The notes beneath the pieces are model-generated. The model did no database searches. It had not been told where the DNA came from and worked only from the letters and a program-made list of their open reading frames with translations. Below are positions 9,784 to 19,570 of a stretch of 64,000 bases of DNA, in pieces. Numbering within the stretch: position 1 is the first letter of the stretch; the number at the start of each line of letters is the position of its first letter. The translations under genes and the position numbers were made by a program. This stretch comes from an uncultured Alphaproteobacteria bacterium (GTDB taxonomy: Bacteria; Pseudomonadota; Alphaproteobacteria; Rhizobiales; Xanthobacteraceae), in NCBI GenBank assembly GCA_963718035.1, contig CAVQYD010000018.1:301-64300 (forward strand), given 5' to 3'.

Positions 9784-11096
9784 CACGCCGCCTTCAATGA
9801 CCTCGTTGCAGCCTCCAGGCCGTGCTTGATATCGGCGACGATGTCGTCGATATGCTCGATGCCCACCGACAGGCGCACATAGTTGTCCGAAACACCGCTC
9901 GCGAGCTGCTCCTCTTTGGTGAGCTGCGAGTGCGTTGTCGTCGCCGGATGGATGGCGAGGCTTCGCGCGTCGCCGATATTGGCGACATGATAGTGAAGTT
10001 GCAGCGAGTCGATGAACTTGCGCCCTGCTTCCTTGCCGCCGGCCAGCTCGAAGCCGACCAGCCCGCCGAACTGGCCCTTGAGGTACCGGTCGGCGCGTTC
10101 GCGGTGGACGCCCTGCTGCTGCGACGGATGGATGATTCGCTTGATCTCTTTTCGCGTGCGCAGGAAATCGACCACCGCCTGGGCGTTCTTGCAGTGCTGA
10201 TTCATGCGCAATGCAAGCGTCTCCATGCCTTGGATGACGAGGAAGGCGTTGAACGGTGACAGCGACGCGCCGATGTCGCGCAGCAGCGTCACCCGCGCCT
10301 TGATGGCGTAGGCGACGGGGCCGATCGGCTTGACCGCTTCCGTCCAGATGGCGCCGTGGTAGCTCGGATCGGGCGTGTTGAGCGCCGGCTGCCGTTCCGG
10401 ATGCGCGGCCCAATCGAAATTGCCGCCGTCGACGATCAATCCGCCGATGGAGTTGCCGTGGCCGCCAAGATATTTGGTCGCCGAGTAGACCACGACCGCG
10501 GCGCCGTGCTCGAGCGGCCGCAGGAGGTAAGGCGTTGCCGTATTGTCGACGATGAGCGGAATGCCGAGCGGGCGGCCGATTGCCGCCACTTCGGCAATCG
10601 GGAAAACGGTCAGCTTCGGGTTCGGAAGCGATTCAGCGTAATAGGCGCGCGTCCTGTCGTCGGTCGCGCGCAGGAAGTTCTGCGGGTCGATCGGATCGAC
10701 GAAGCGAACTTCGATTCCCTGGTCCTTGAGCGTGTGGGCGAACAGATTCCACGTGCCGCCATAAAGATCGGTCGAGCTGACGATGTTGTCGCCCGCTCGC
10801 GCCAGATTCTGCAGCGCAAACGCCGACGCCGCCTGACCCGAGGCCAGCGCCAGCCCGGCCGCTCCGCCCTCGAGGGCGGCGGTGCGCTTCTCGAGCACGT
10901 CGTTGGTCGGGTTCATGATGCGCGTATAGATGTTGCCCAGCTCCTTCAGCGCGAACAGATTGCTCGCGTGCTCGGTGTCGCGGAATTGGTAGGACGTCGT
11001 TTGATAGATCGGCACCGCGACCGCGCCGGTGGCCGGGTCGGCACGCCAGCCGGCATGCAGAAGCATGGTTTCAAGGCGATGCGAATTTGATGACAT
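9783..11096 (-). CDS. metY: O-acetylhomoserine aminocarboxypropyltransferase/cysteine synthase
   Basis: AVPIYQTTSY, GNIYTRIMNPT, SATKYLGGHG (PLP lysine), ANIGDARSLAIHPATTTHSQL. Confidence 0.93.
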   Translation of the reverse strand: MSSNSHRLETMLLHAGWRADPATGAVAVPIYQTTSYQFRDTEHASNLFALKELGNIYTRIMNPTNDVLEKRTAALEGGAAGLALASGQAASAFALQNLARAGDNIVSSTDLYGGTWNLFAHTLKDQGIEVRFVDPIDPQNFLRATDDRTRAYYAESLPNPKLTVFPIAEVAAIGRPLGIPLIVDNTATPYLLRPLEHGAAVVVYSATKYLGGHGNSIGGLIVDGGNFDWAAHPERQPALNTPDPSYHGAIWTEAVKPIGPVAYAIKARVTLLRDIGASLSPFNAFLVIQGMETLALRMNQHCKNAQAVVDFLRTRKEIKRIIHPSQQQGVHRERADRYLKGQFGGLVGFELAGGKEAGRKFIDSLQLHYHVANIGDARSLAIHPATTTHSQLTKEEQLASGVSDNYVRLSVGIEHIDDIVADIKHGLEAATRSLKAA

Positions 11097-11241
11097 TTGC
11101 TGATTCCTCGAATGAATCGTCGTATTTGATGGCCGGTCTATAGCTGGGGGGCCGACCGCAGTCCTTGAGCCGGCCTTGATTTTCCCTTGAGGAGCGCTGG
11201 ATTTTTATTCTGAGCGGCCAAAAGAGGCCGCAAACACGCCC

Positions 11242-11272
11242 AAAACAAAAGGGCCGCCCTTTCGGGCGGCCC
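11242..11272 (-). terminator. intrinsic terminator downstream of GTA g11
   Basis: Minus strand gggccgccc-gaaa-gggcggccc followed by ttttgtttt. Confidence 0.8.
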
Positions 11273-11282
11273 GGCAATATTT

Positions 11283-11933
11283 TCAAAAGCTCCGCTGTCC
11301 CCGCGTTACCGCGCGCGCGATCTGTCCGGTGATGTAGGCCTCCGAGCGGCGGAAGCTGTCCGGGTCCGGCGTGGCGATGTGCACGGTGATGTTCGCCGCA
11401 CCCGAGCCGCTCATCGCGACTCCGAGTCGTCCATCGCGTCCGCGCGCGAGCGGCAAAATCGCTTCGGGCCCGGCCTCGCCCGCAACCCCGAGTTCGCCTG
11501 GCCCCAGCGGAAAGTACGCCGGTGTTGAGATCACGCCGCCTGCTGCAAACGCCGTAAGCCCGACGAACCTGTCCATCACGCCGATCGCGTCGGGTGCGCG
11601 CCCTCGCCGGCCGCGCGTGCCCGTATCCTCGCCGAAAACGCCGCCAAAAAGATCGCCGAGCCCGCCGGCAAGATTTCGCGCAAGCGGCTGGAACGCCTGT
11701 GCAACAGTCATGTCGGAAAGCCGCAGCGCGAGCTGACGCAGGACGTCGTCGAACTTTTTGCCGCCGGTCGTCGCATCGGCAAAAGCCTTGCTCATCGCTT
11801 TTGCGAAGCTCGCCGCACTGATGCCAAGCGCATCGGTACTTGCGCGCGCACGAGCGGTGGCACGGCCAAAATCCTTATCAAGTTCGTCCGGGAACTCGTC
11901 ACGTTCGGTGATTCTGTCGGGCAGGAACGTCAT
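11283..11933 (-). CDS. GTA g11-like short tail tape measure protein
   Basis: FAAGGVISTPAYFP..GVAGEAGPEAILPLARGRDGRLGV..SFRRSEAYITGQIARAV.RGQRS. Confidence 0.9.
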   Translation of the reverse strand: MTFLPDRITERDEFPDELDKDFGRATARARASTDALGISAASFAKAMSKAFADATTGGKKFDDVLRQLALRLSDMTVAQAFQPLARNLAGGLGDLFGGVFGEDTGTRGRRGRAPDAIGVMDRFVGLTAFAAGGVISTPAYFPLGPGELGVAGEAGPEAILPLARGRDGRLGVAMSGSGAANITVHIATPDPDSFRRSEAYITGQIARAVTRGQRSF

Positions 11934-12111
11934 CGGGATATCTCTTCATCAGTTTTGCGAGCGTGCCGCGGTCGAGCGGCGAAGTGCGGCCGGTCACGGC
12001 CTCGATGGCGTAGCCGAGCTCACGCGGCGTCATCGACCAGAACTGCTGCGGCGAAAGCCGCAGCACGCCAAGTCCGATGCCGATCGCCTGTTTCCAGGGA
12101 AAAGGCGTCAC
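11899..12111 (-). CDS. GTA g10.1 (rcc01693-family) tail assembly chaperone
   Basis: PFPWKQAIGIGLGVLRLSPQQFWSMTPREL..LAKLMKRYPD. Confidence 0.88.
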   Translation of the reverse strand: MTPFPWKQAIGIGLGVLRLSPQQFWSMTPRELGYAIEAVTGRTSPLDRGTLAKLMKRYPDDVPARQNHRT

Positions 12112-12425
12112 GCGCCCGCCTCCCCGAACGTCGCCTCGATCAGCTCGGCCGCGATGCGCACGTAGCCCTGTGCCCCGCCCTCGACCGCCATGACGGCAAC
12201 GTCATCATCGGTTACCGCTGCGCCCGCTCCGCGCAGGCCCGCGCCGATAATGCGTGTCAGGTCGCGGGCCTTCAGCCGGCCCGAGCCGAAACGCTCGGTG
12301 AGCGCCACGAGGTCCTCGGCGCCGAAGGCGTCTTCGAGTTCCGCGAGCGCGCCGAGCGTGAGCACGAGCCGCCGCCGTGCGCCGCCGATGTCGGCCTCGA
12401 TCTCGCCGCGATGGCGATTGGCCAT
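12108..12425 (-). CDS. GTA gp10 tail assembly chaperone
   Basis: MANRHRGEI..LVLTLGALAELEDAFG.EDLVAL.ERF. Confidence 0.9.
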   Translation of the reverse strand: MANRHRGEIEADIGGARRRLVLTLGALAELEDAFGAEDLVALTERFGSGRLKARDLTRIIGAGLRGAGAAVTDDDVAVMAVEGGAQGYVRIAAELIEATFGEAGA

Positions 12426-12538
12426 GGTTCCTCCAAAATTAGTCACTTGCATCCGATAGTCACGGAAAAATGAGTGGTACCCGATTCCCAACGGGCGCAG
12501 CCTGCGACCCGGAATCGAACATCGAGCGGAGTCCTGTC

Positions 12539-12748
12539 ATGATGGCGTCGACGCTCACGCATCAACCCGATCCGTCCATTCCGAACATCGCCTGTCCGAA
12601 ATGCGGCCTGCGTATGCAGGTCGCGGCAATCGAGCCCGCCGGCGACAACGACCGCATGGTTACGTTCGGCTGCGACTGCGGACATCGCTACGATCTGTCC
12701 GAACGGGCGATCGTCGCGCTCGCCCGCGACAGCTCCGATCGCTGGTGA
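12539..12748 (+). CDS. small zinc-ribbon protein
   Basis: CPKC and CDCGH pairs; lies antisense between g9 and g10. Confidence 0.65.
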   Translation: MMASTLTHQPDPSIPNIACPKCGLRMQVAAIEPAGDNDRMVTFGCDCGHRYDLSERAIVALARDSSDRW

Positions 12749-12768
12749 GACGCGGATAAGCGCCGCGC

Positions 12769-13179
12769 TCACGTATCGGCCGCGAATGTCAGCTCGCCGG
12801 CGGATTCGAGCGCCATGTCGTAGGTCACTTCGCCATTGTGCTCGCCGGCAAACTCGAGGCTGGTGATCTGAAACGGCCCTTGCACGGTGCCGAACGACGG
12901 AATCACGATCTGGTAGCCGGCGATGCCGCCCTCAAAGAACGTCTGCCGCATCAGCGCATCGGTTGCGGCGTCTTTGAACAAGCCTCGGCCCGACACCGCG
13001 GCGCGCTTGACGCCCGCGCCGTCGAGCAGTTCGCGCCAGCGGTTGGCGCTTTCGGCGTGCGTGACGTCCACGGTCTCGGCATTGAACGCAAGCCGCCGCG
13101 TGCGCAGTCCGGCGACTGTCGTATAGCCCGCGCCGTCGGCGATCTTGATGAGCAGATCCTTGCCCTTTTGAGCCGTCAT
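12769..13179 (-). CDS. GTA g9 major tail protein (TP901-1 family)
   Basis: MTAQKGKDLLIKI..TVAGLRTRRLAFNAETVDVT.AES..RWRELL.GAGV. Confidence 0.93.
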   Translation of the reverse strand: MTAQKGKDLLIKIADGAGYTTVAGLRTRRLAFNAETVDVTHAESANRWRELLDGAGVKRAAVSGRGLFKDAATDALMRQTFFEGGIAGYQIVIPSFGTVQGPFQITSLEFAGEHNGEVTYDMALESAGELTFAADT

Positions 13180-13765
13180 TGGTGTTCCTTTCAGAATGAG
13201 ATTTGCGCTGCGCCGACATTCTCATTTCGCAGCGTGTGGCCGCGCGCGGCGCATGGCTTGTGATTGATTTATGATTGACTCGTATTTGACGCACGAAATG
13301 CAGCGCCTTTTGCAATCGCTGCTGGCATGACGCGCGCATCAACAGCGCGTGAGTCAAAATCTGCCGCGCTTGCATGCCGCACGAACGGCCCATAAGTACC
13401 CGGCAGAAGAAGTCTTAACCGCCCAGTAACCCCCGCCCTGTAGCAAGTTCACCGTTCGGGTGACCTCACGATTGCCGGTCTATTGGGCCAAGCAGGATTG
13501 TTCTTATGCGCAAAGGTTTGACAGTGTTGATCGTGGCCTTGCTCGGCGTGTTTGCGGTCAAGTCGGTCATGACTCCCGGCAAGATGAGCCTGGGCGAACT
13601 CGATGAAATATTCGGTGCCGACCTACGGTCTGCATGTGGCGCAGCCCGTCGACATGAAGAACTTCCCGTCCGACGTCGTTCCGCTTCCATAAGAGCGGCA
13701 CACACGCCGCTGGCGCCTCGCTGACGCCGGGCGCGAGTTTCTTCCTCAAAAACCTTGCAGCCGGA

Positions 13766-13981
13766 TCACGCGGCGCGGCGCGCCCAATCGATGACGGTCG
13801 CGATCCAGGCGTGCTGCTCGGCTTCGAGCCGCAGCCGGTAGGCGATCCAGCCGCGCTCGCGCAGCCGCATCGAGACGTCGGCCGCGTCGGCTTCCGCGGC
13901 CACGGTAAAGCCGGCGCTGACGCGCCCTTTGTGGGTATCGATGAAGACCCTGCGACGGCGATGCCGCATTTTGCTCACCAT
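13766..13981 (-). CDS. small hypothetical protein
   Basis: MVSKMRHRRRRVFIDTHKGRVSAGF.. high-GC ORF. Confidence 0.5.
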   Translation of the reverse strand: MVSKMRHRRRRVFIDTHKGRVSAGFTVAAEADAADVSMRLRERGWIAYRLRLEAEQHAWIATVIDWARRAA

Positions 13982-14097
13982 AGGGTCCGCGCAGGCGCAA
14001 CCGCGCCCAACGGCGCGGACGACGAATAGTCGCGCGGATGGAAAAATGGCCCAGGGCAATGCCTTGGAGCCGGTCAGGTATGTAGGTATGGGCGCCT

Positions 14098-14820
14098 TTA
14101 TTTCCAAGTCCCTGAAAAAGCCTCTGGCGCGGCCAATTGCACACCGAAGACCTCGCGGAACCCGCGTCGGCCGGCCGGGGTGACTCGCAGCGCACGCGAA
14201 CCGCGCTGCCGCGCCAGCCAGCCGCGCTCGATGCAGACGCGACAGAGCTCGGCGCCGACGTGGCCGGCAATGTGGTAGCGCCGCTCGCTCCAGTCGAGGC
14301 AGGGCCGACAGAAAATCCGGCGGCCGGCTCCTGGCGCTGTGAGCGCGACGCCGAATTCCCTCAGAAATTGTTTTCCTGCGGGAGTCAGCGCACCGCCTTC
14401 GTCGTTGAGCACGACGAATTTATTTCCGGTGAGCGCATCCGCGACCGCCACGCCGAGCCGGCCGGCGAGATGGTCATAACAGGTGCGTGCAAACCGCAGC
14501 GCCTCGTCCTGTGCCGAACGCGGCTGGTGGCGCGGCGGCGTCTCCAATGCCGCCACCGCCTTGATGCTTTCCAGCATTTTCGCAACCAACGGCGACGCGA
14601 TGCGGTAGTAGCGGTTACGCCGCTTCCGCGTGACGGTGAGTAGCCGCGCGCGCGTGAGCTTGCTCAGGTGGCCGCTGGCGGTTGCGCGCGACACGTGCGC
14701 CAGCCCGGCAAGCTCGCTGCTCGTGAGTGTCTCGCCGCCCATCAGGGCCGCCAGCATCATGGCGCGCGCGGTGTCGCCGACCAGCGCCGCAATCTCGACC
14801 ATGTTGGCAGCGGCAACCAT
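14098..14820 (-). CDS. ArsR/SmtB-family transcriptional regulator
   Basis: [44 protein letters not shown]. Confidence 0.9.
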   Translation of the reverse strand: MVAAANMVEIAALVGDTARAMMLAALMGGETLTSSELAGLAHVSRATASGHLSKLTRARLLTVTRKRRNRYYRIASPLVAKMLESIKAVAALETPPRHQPRSAQDEALRFARTCYDHLAGRLGVAVADALTGNKFVVLNDEGGALTPAGKQFLREFGVALTAPGAGRRIFCRPCLDWSERRYHIAGHVGAELCRVCIERGWLARQRGSRALRVTPAGRRGFREVFGVQLAAPEAFSGTWK

Positions 14821-14933
14821 GCCGCATGGTAACGGCACCGCGGGTGCCGGAAAAGCATGGATTGTTCGGCCGTGGCCGAACTATCCCCGCGCCGGTCTGG
14901 CCTAGGCTGCCGTCTCTCGCGGAGGTCAAAGCG

Positions 14934-15329
14934 ATGATGGAGCGATTGCGGGTCGAACCTTACTCGGGTTACCTCGAGCGGCGGCGCAAGGGACCGATCT
15001 ATCCGGTCACACGGTCCGGCGGATTCATTTTTCTCTCGGGCCTGCCGCCGTTTGAGCCGGGCACGGGCGAGATCAGGCGCCTTCCCTTCGAGCGCCAGGC
15101 CGACATCGTTCTGGCGCAGATGAAAGACTGCCTTGAGGCAGCGGGAAGCTCGTTGTCGCAGGTGCTCAAATGCAATGTCTATTGCACGCCCGGGCCGTCG
15201 CACTTTGCGGAGTTCAACGACGTTTACGCAAGGTATTTTCCGGTCAATTCTCCGGCGCGCATTTTTCTCATCGTCGCAGGATTTCCCGGGCCTTTCGATG
15301 TCGAGGTCGATTGCATCGCGGCCGCGTGA
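14934..15329 (+). CDS. RidA/YjgF family protein
   Basis: [42 protein letters not shown]; divergent from the ArsR gene. Confidence 0.88.
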   Translation: MMERLRVEPYSGYLERRRKGPIYPVTRSGGFIFLSGLPPFEPGTGEIRRLPFERQADIVLAQMKDCLEAAGSSLSQVLKCNVYCTPGPSHFAEFNDVYARYFPVNSPARIFLIVAGFPGPFDVEVDCIAAA

Positions 15330-15518
15330 CGCCGCAGGCTATATGTCAGGAACCAACGTACGGTGTTCCGCTTGGGCAACGCACGCGGGAACCGCAGGGG
15401 TATGACGGTACGGCTGCCTTCGTCGCAAAGCTGCCGCATCGATCCGGCAAATGTGCCGCTGAAACGGGGGCACACGGCCCGCAGGAAAATCCTGCCGGCA
15501 TCGCTGTGGCATCAGCAC

Positions 15519-15923
15519 ATGACAGACAATCCGGCGCGCGCGCCGCGCGTCCTTATCATCGAGAATGACTTTCTCATCGGCGAGATGATTCACGACATGG
15601 TCGCGGAGCTCGGCTACGCTGTGACCAAGGTCGCGCATGGGCTGCCGTCGGCACTCAATGAAATCTCCAAAGAGAACTTCGACGGCGCGCTGGTGAACAT
15701 CGGCATCGATGAGCAAAAGCACGGCAACGAGATTGCCGACATCCTGCTCGCAAAAAATATTCCCTTCGGATTCGTGACCGGATACGGCCATGCCCTCGAG
15801 CAACGGCACGCGGGCATTCCGCTGCTGCAGAAGCCGTTCAACAGCGAGCAGCTGGGCGTGCTGCTGGAAGCGATCGTCGGGCCGGGCGGAAGCCCGAACC
15901 ACACGACGTCGCACGCCGCCTGA
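15519..15923 (+). CDS. single-domain response regulator receiver
   Basis: RVLIIEND, IPFGFVTGY, LLQKPF; the phosphoacceptor position appears to be N (GALVNI). Confidence 0.82.
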   Translation: MTDNPARAPRVLIIENDFLIGEMIHDMVAELGYAVTKVAHGLPSALNEISKENFDGALVNIGIDEQKHGNEIADILLAKNIPFGFVTGYGHALEQRHAGIPLLQKPFNSEQLGVLLEAIVGPGGSPNHTTSHAA

Positions 15924-15985
15924 TATCGCGAAAGCTGAGATCAAATAGCAGAACTGAATTGAGCGCCCGCCAATTCTCGCGCCCT

Positions 15986-16258
15986 TCAGGCTGTTTCCGG
16001 GTTAACAACGACGTCGCGGCCCGGCGAATGATCGGTTCGTGCCTTCGGCGAAATTTTCGGAGAAGCTTGGTGGATCGGCAGCCGGTCGCCTTTCGAGGCG
16101 CGATTGACGGTTTGCCCCGTGTAATGGTCGCCTGTAGCCGAAACGGCGACCGGACTCGCCGGCGGCGCGATCTCGTGTGCCGCGACCAGGAGACTGGCAA
16201 TCGCGACAACACAGGGCAGCGAATACAAGGTAACGGTTTTTGCACGCATGGCAGTCAA
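15986..16258 (-). CDS. hypothetical exported protein
   Basis: TM segment followed by VNRASKGDRL. Confidence 0.55.
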   Translation of the reverse strand: MTAMRAKTVTLYSLPCVVAIASLLVAAHEIAPPASPVAVSATGDHYTGQTVNRASKGDRLPIHQASPKISPKARTDHSPGRDVVVNPETA

Positions 16259-16375
16259 TCCACTTCGTTAGCGTGCGTAGTTAAGGACGTGCAGGCCGCA
16301 GTTGAAAATCCGACTTGGTCCTTAAGGGAATCTCCGTATGGCTGCCGGGGCGCTCAGACGACGCGCAATTCCTGC

Positions 16376-16597
16376 TCAGCCTTCGCCGCGCGCCCGCAAT
16401 TCATAGTCGCCGGCGTGAGATCTGCAATAAAAGGCGCGCTTGAGGACCTTTTTCGACGGCCCCTCCTTTTGCACCGTGACCACTTCGACGCCGATCGGCG
16501 CCGTTTTCTGGCACTCACGGCAGCGCACCGTCTCGGAAAGATAGACTTCCTCCACGATGCCGCGTTTGACTCCGATCTTCCCGATGAGTTGCCGCAT
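16376..16597 (-). CDS. small putative zinc-binding protein
   Basis: CREC ... YCRSH. Confidence 0.55.
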   Translation of the reverse strand: MRQLIGKIGVKRGIVEEVYLSETVRCRECQKTAPIGVEVVTVQKEGPSKKVLKRAFYCRSHAGDYELRARGEG

Positions 16598-16685
16598 AAG
16601 TTTCGCCCCTCGTATCCCGCTTCAGCCAGCAAACGCAGCTTAGCACGTCGCGCCCCAGGATGGGCGTGCATGCTCGCACGCGGGC

Positions 16686-17096
16686 CTAGTCCGGTTCCGT
16701 CACCGCGCGGAAGCGCACCAGCGCGCGATAGGTGCGCCCGTCCGATTCGCGCCGCACGTCGGCCGTGGAAAACCGGAAATTGACCAGGCGGTGGCCGGCC
16801 AGCGCGAGCGGCGCATCGTCGAGTGCCTGCAAAACCGCGCCGGCAATCACATGCGCCTCGCGGTGCCCGCCCTGGCGCGACCAGGCATGCAGCGTCAGCT
16901 GATGCTCGAGCCCCGGCTCGCCGCCGGCGGAAAAATCCGCAATGCGCATTTCGCCGAGCGTGACATAAGGAAACGCCGCCTCGCGCGGCGGCTCGTCATA
17001 GATCTTCGGGCCGCCGAGCGCTGCAATGAGCGCAGGGTCGGCCGTGAGCGCCGCGTGCACGGCGGCACGCAACGCCGCGGAAGCGGCGGTTGGCAT
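16686..17096 (-). CDS. GTA g8 tail terminator (DUF3168)
   Basis: ALRAAVHAAL.AD..L..IYDEPP..AAFPYVTLGE..EHQLTLHAWSR..RFRAVTE. Confidence 0.9.
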   Translation of the reverse strand: MPTAASAALRAAVHAALTADPALIAALGGPKIYDEPPREAAFPYVTLGEMRIADFSAGGEPGLEHQLTLHAWSRQGGHREAHVIAGAVLQALDDAPLALAGHRLVNFRFSTADVRRESDGRTYRALVRFRAVTEPD

Positions 17097-17314
17097 GAAA
17101 TCCTCGAAGTGATGGTGCTGGCACAGCTCGCGTGTTGGCGTTTGCTTGGCCGCCAATGAGCAGAATTTGGCCTGAACTACAGGTTCGGTTACTGAAATCG
17201 ACCGAATAGTTTAGCGCCCTATCAACGATCGCACGCGCGCGTCCTCCGGCCGGATGACGCGCGCGTCGCTTTTTGCGGTCATAACAGTGAGCGCGTCACC
17301 GCCAGGAGATCCCG

Positions 17315-17866
17315 ATGCACTCAGTTCTGATCCGCTCGCGGCAGACACTGCCGAAGCTTCTCGTCATTGCTCTTGCGCTCACCGCTTCGTGCTGGCTCAC
17401 CGATCGGGCTTCGGCAGCACCAACACAAATTCTGAACCACAGCGCGAATGAGATCGAAGCCTATTGCAACAAAATCGGCGGAACATTTCAGTGGGACACC
17501 GAAAAATATTACTGCGTCAAACCCGGCAACAGCGGCATTATCGTATGCTATTGGGCTAGTAGCACCTGCTATTCGAACCGCAAAACCGCCTCCAGCACGG
17601 GCAACACTGCGAACCCCAACACGCGAAATCTCGGTAGTACGCCGCCGAAGCCACCTGCGAAAACCAATGTGACCGGCGGCGCGATCGCCGCGCCGGGCCG
17701 CGTCACGACAACCACCGGCATTGCTCGCAGCGGCGGCGTCACGGCCGCGCCCGCAAAACCTGCGCCCGCCTCCAGTAGCAACGCCCTCGGTGGCGGCGTC
17801 TTCGGTGGCAGCACGTCGCCGACAATGCCCGGCCCTGCCGGAATCGCTGGCCGCAAACTTCCTTAA
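17315..17866 (+). CDS. secreted Cys-rich protein with a P/G/T/A-rich tail
   Basis: Signal peptide, four-Cys domain, C-terminus MPGPAGIAGRKLP. Confidence 0.75.
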   Translation: MHSVLIRSRQTLPKLLVIALALTASCWLTDRASAAPTQILNHSANEIEAYCNKIGGTFQWDTEKYYCVKPGNSGIIVCYWASSTCYSNRKTASSTGNTANPNTRNLGSTPPKPPAKTNVTGGAIAAPGRVTTTTGIARSGGVTAAPAKPAPASSSNALGGGVFGGSTSPTMPGPAGIAGRKLP

Positions 17867-17883
17867 CACACGAGAAACGTGGA

Positions 17884-18684
17884 ATGCCCAGATTTTCGAT
17901 TTTTGCGGTTGGTCTCCTAGGCGTCGCAACGTCCGTTGGCCTTGCTGTCGCAAAGCCATCCCAAGAATGCAATCAGCTGCAGGACGCGTGCGTCATCGAA
18001 CCTGATGCGGCCAAGCGGGCCGCCAAATGCAAGACGTTTCATGACAAGTGCGAGGTGACCCTCGGCGAGAAGATCGATCGCCTGACTGATCCGCCGAAGA
18101 AAAATGCCGACAAGGGCGGCAAGAAAGGACCGAGCGGCAAGAAGGGAGGCAGCAGCAGCGGCAAGTACGAGGTCACGTATCGAAGCGCAAGCGGAGGCAA
18201 CGGCAAAGTCATTTGGGTCGTCATGCCCGATGGCAGCACCGTCCCCGTCAGGCAGGGCGTGCCTGGAGGTGCATTCCTGACGAAGGTTATCGACGGAAAA
18301 ACCTACAGCGTGGAATTCGTCAAGACGGTGGACGGCGTGTCGTATAACGTCGCCGATCCCGCCTATGAGGCCGCGGTCGCCGCGTCGAAGCAAAAACACA
18401 TCGCCAACAGGTCGAAGCTTGGTGGCGCGGTTTCCGGCGTGCCGGCTCGTCCGCCCGGCGGACAGCTGCCGCGCGGCGGCGGAGCCACGGCCGGATTGAA
18501 TGCCGATCGCAGCGCCCAAGGCAATGCTCAAGGCAATGCTGCGCCGGGCAGCCCGCCGATTGTCGCAACGCCGTCGCGGCAAACACCGGCGATGGGCGGC
18601 GGCGCCTTCGGTGTCACCACATCAAAACCCAATCCCGGACCGATGCCCGGCCCCGCTGGAGTTGCCGGCCCGAAGCTTCCGTAG
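17884..18684 (+). CDS. secreted CX6C...CX6C protein with a low-complexity tail
   Basis: Signal peptide, CNQLQDAC...CKTFHDKC, C-terminus MPGPAGVAGPKLP. Confidence 0.75.
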   Translation: MPRFSIFAVGLLGVATSVGLAVAKPSQECNQLQDACVIEPDAAKRAAKCKTFHDKCEVTLGEKIDRLTDPPKKNADKGGKKGPSGKKGGSSSGKYEVTYRSASGGNGKVIWVVMPDGSTVPVRQGVPGGAFLTKVIDGKTYSVEFVKTVDGVSYNVADPAYEAAVAASKQKHIANRSKLGGAVSGVPARPPGGQLPRGGGATAGLNADRSAQGNAQGNAAPGSPPIVATPSRQTPAMGGGAFGVTTSKPNPGPMPGPAGVAGPKLP

Positions 18685-18721
18685 GTTGCTCGGACTTGCA
18701 GGAGACTGAAAGGACGACGCT

Positions 18722-19129
18722 ATGCGCAAATCGTTGATGATTGTTCTTGGTGTCACGAGTCTCGTCGCCTTCGCGTGTCTACCATCCGCCCATTCCTTGC
18801 CCAGGAAGTGCGATCAGGAATTCGCTGCCTGTCAGAAGACTGCGAAAGGCCTCGATGGGTATGGCGCCTGCCTCGACAAGCACGACAAGTGCACCGGCCA
18901 GAATTACAGAGACCGCCCCTTTCAACCCGGCCGCAGCTGGACACCCGGGCGTGGACCTCGCAGCACCGGTGACATGGGCGGCAAAGAAAAGTCTCCCGGC
19001 AAGGACAAGGGCAAAGGAAAAAGTCGCGACGCTGCACCCGCCCCTCCTGTTGTCCGCCCCACGCCGACGGTTGGCCTTGCAAGGACGCCGTCAGGTCTCG
19101 CCGGTGCCACCAGCCGCAAGCTGCAATGA
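18722..19129 (+). CDS. secreted CX6C...CX6C protein
   Basis: Signal peptide, CDQEFAAC...CLDKHDKC, C-terminus PSGLAGATSRKLQ. Confidence 0.75.
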   Translation: MRKSLMIVLGVTSLVAFACLPSAHSLPRKCDQEFAACQKTAKGLDGYGACLDKHDKCTGQNYRDRPFQPGRSWTPGRGPRSTGDMGGKEKSPGKDKGKGKSRDAAPAPPVVRPTPTVGLARTPSGLAGATSRKLQ

Positions 19130-19175
19130 CGCTGGACGGTGCCTTCCATAGCTGAACCATCACACGGAGATTCTC

Positions 19176-19424
19176 ATGCGCAAAGTTTTTGTTGTCGCCC
19201 TCGGCATTACGACGCTCGGCACTCTCGCGGCTGCGGAGCGCGCGTCAGCCACCGTCAAATGCCACAACCAATGTGTCCGCACCTACACCGACAGCAATGG
19301 CGTCTCGACCTGTCAGCACTACCTGCAGCGCTGCGAGAACGTCAACGTTCCCTCGACGCCGGCCCAGCGCGCTGACCTTCGCGCACTGAATGTCGAGAGA
19401 AAGAGGAATTCGGGCCAAAGGTGA
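19176..19424 (+). CDS. small secreted four-Cys protein
   Basis: RBS ggag, signal peptide, CHNQC...CQHYLQRC. Confidence 0.7.
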   Translation: MRKVFVVALGITTLGTLAAAERASATVKCHNQCVRTYTDSNGVSTCQHYLQRCENVNVPSTPAQRADLRALNVERKRNSGQR

Positions 19425-19570
19425 TATCGGCGCGCAGTAGCGAGAGCCTGCGGCCATGTCGGCCTGGATCGGCGCGCTGATTTATTGTGCCCGTTAAGGC
19501 GCGATCGTGCCGGTAGGCCCGTGGCTCTATCCGTTCGACGACCTGTGCATTCGCGCTTGAGGTCGCGTGC

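Noticed and set aside
11100-11230. SAM or SAH riboswitch upstream of metY
   Set aside because: A GAGGAGCGCTG SAH-like string is present only antisense to metY, and I could not recognise a SAM-alpha consensus on the coding strand; an Rfam scan is needed.
13414-13430. CtrA boxes upstream of GTA g9 and near flp
   Set aside because: Only imperfect TTAA-N7-TTAA matches (ttaa-ccgccca-gtaa); too weak to call.
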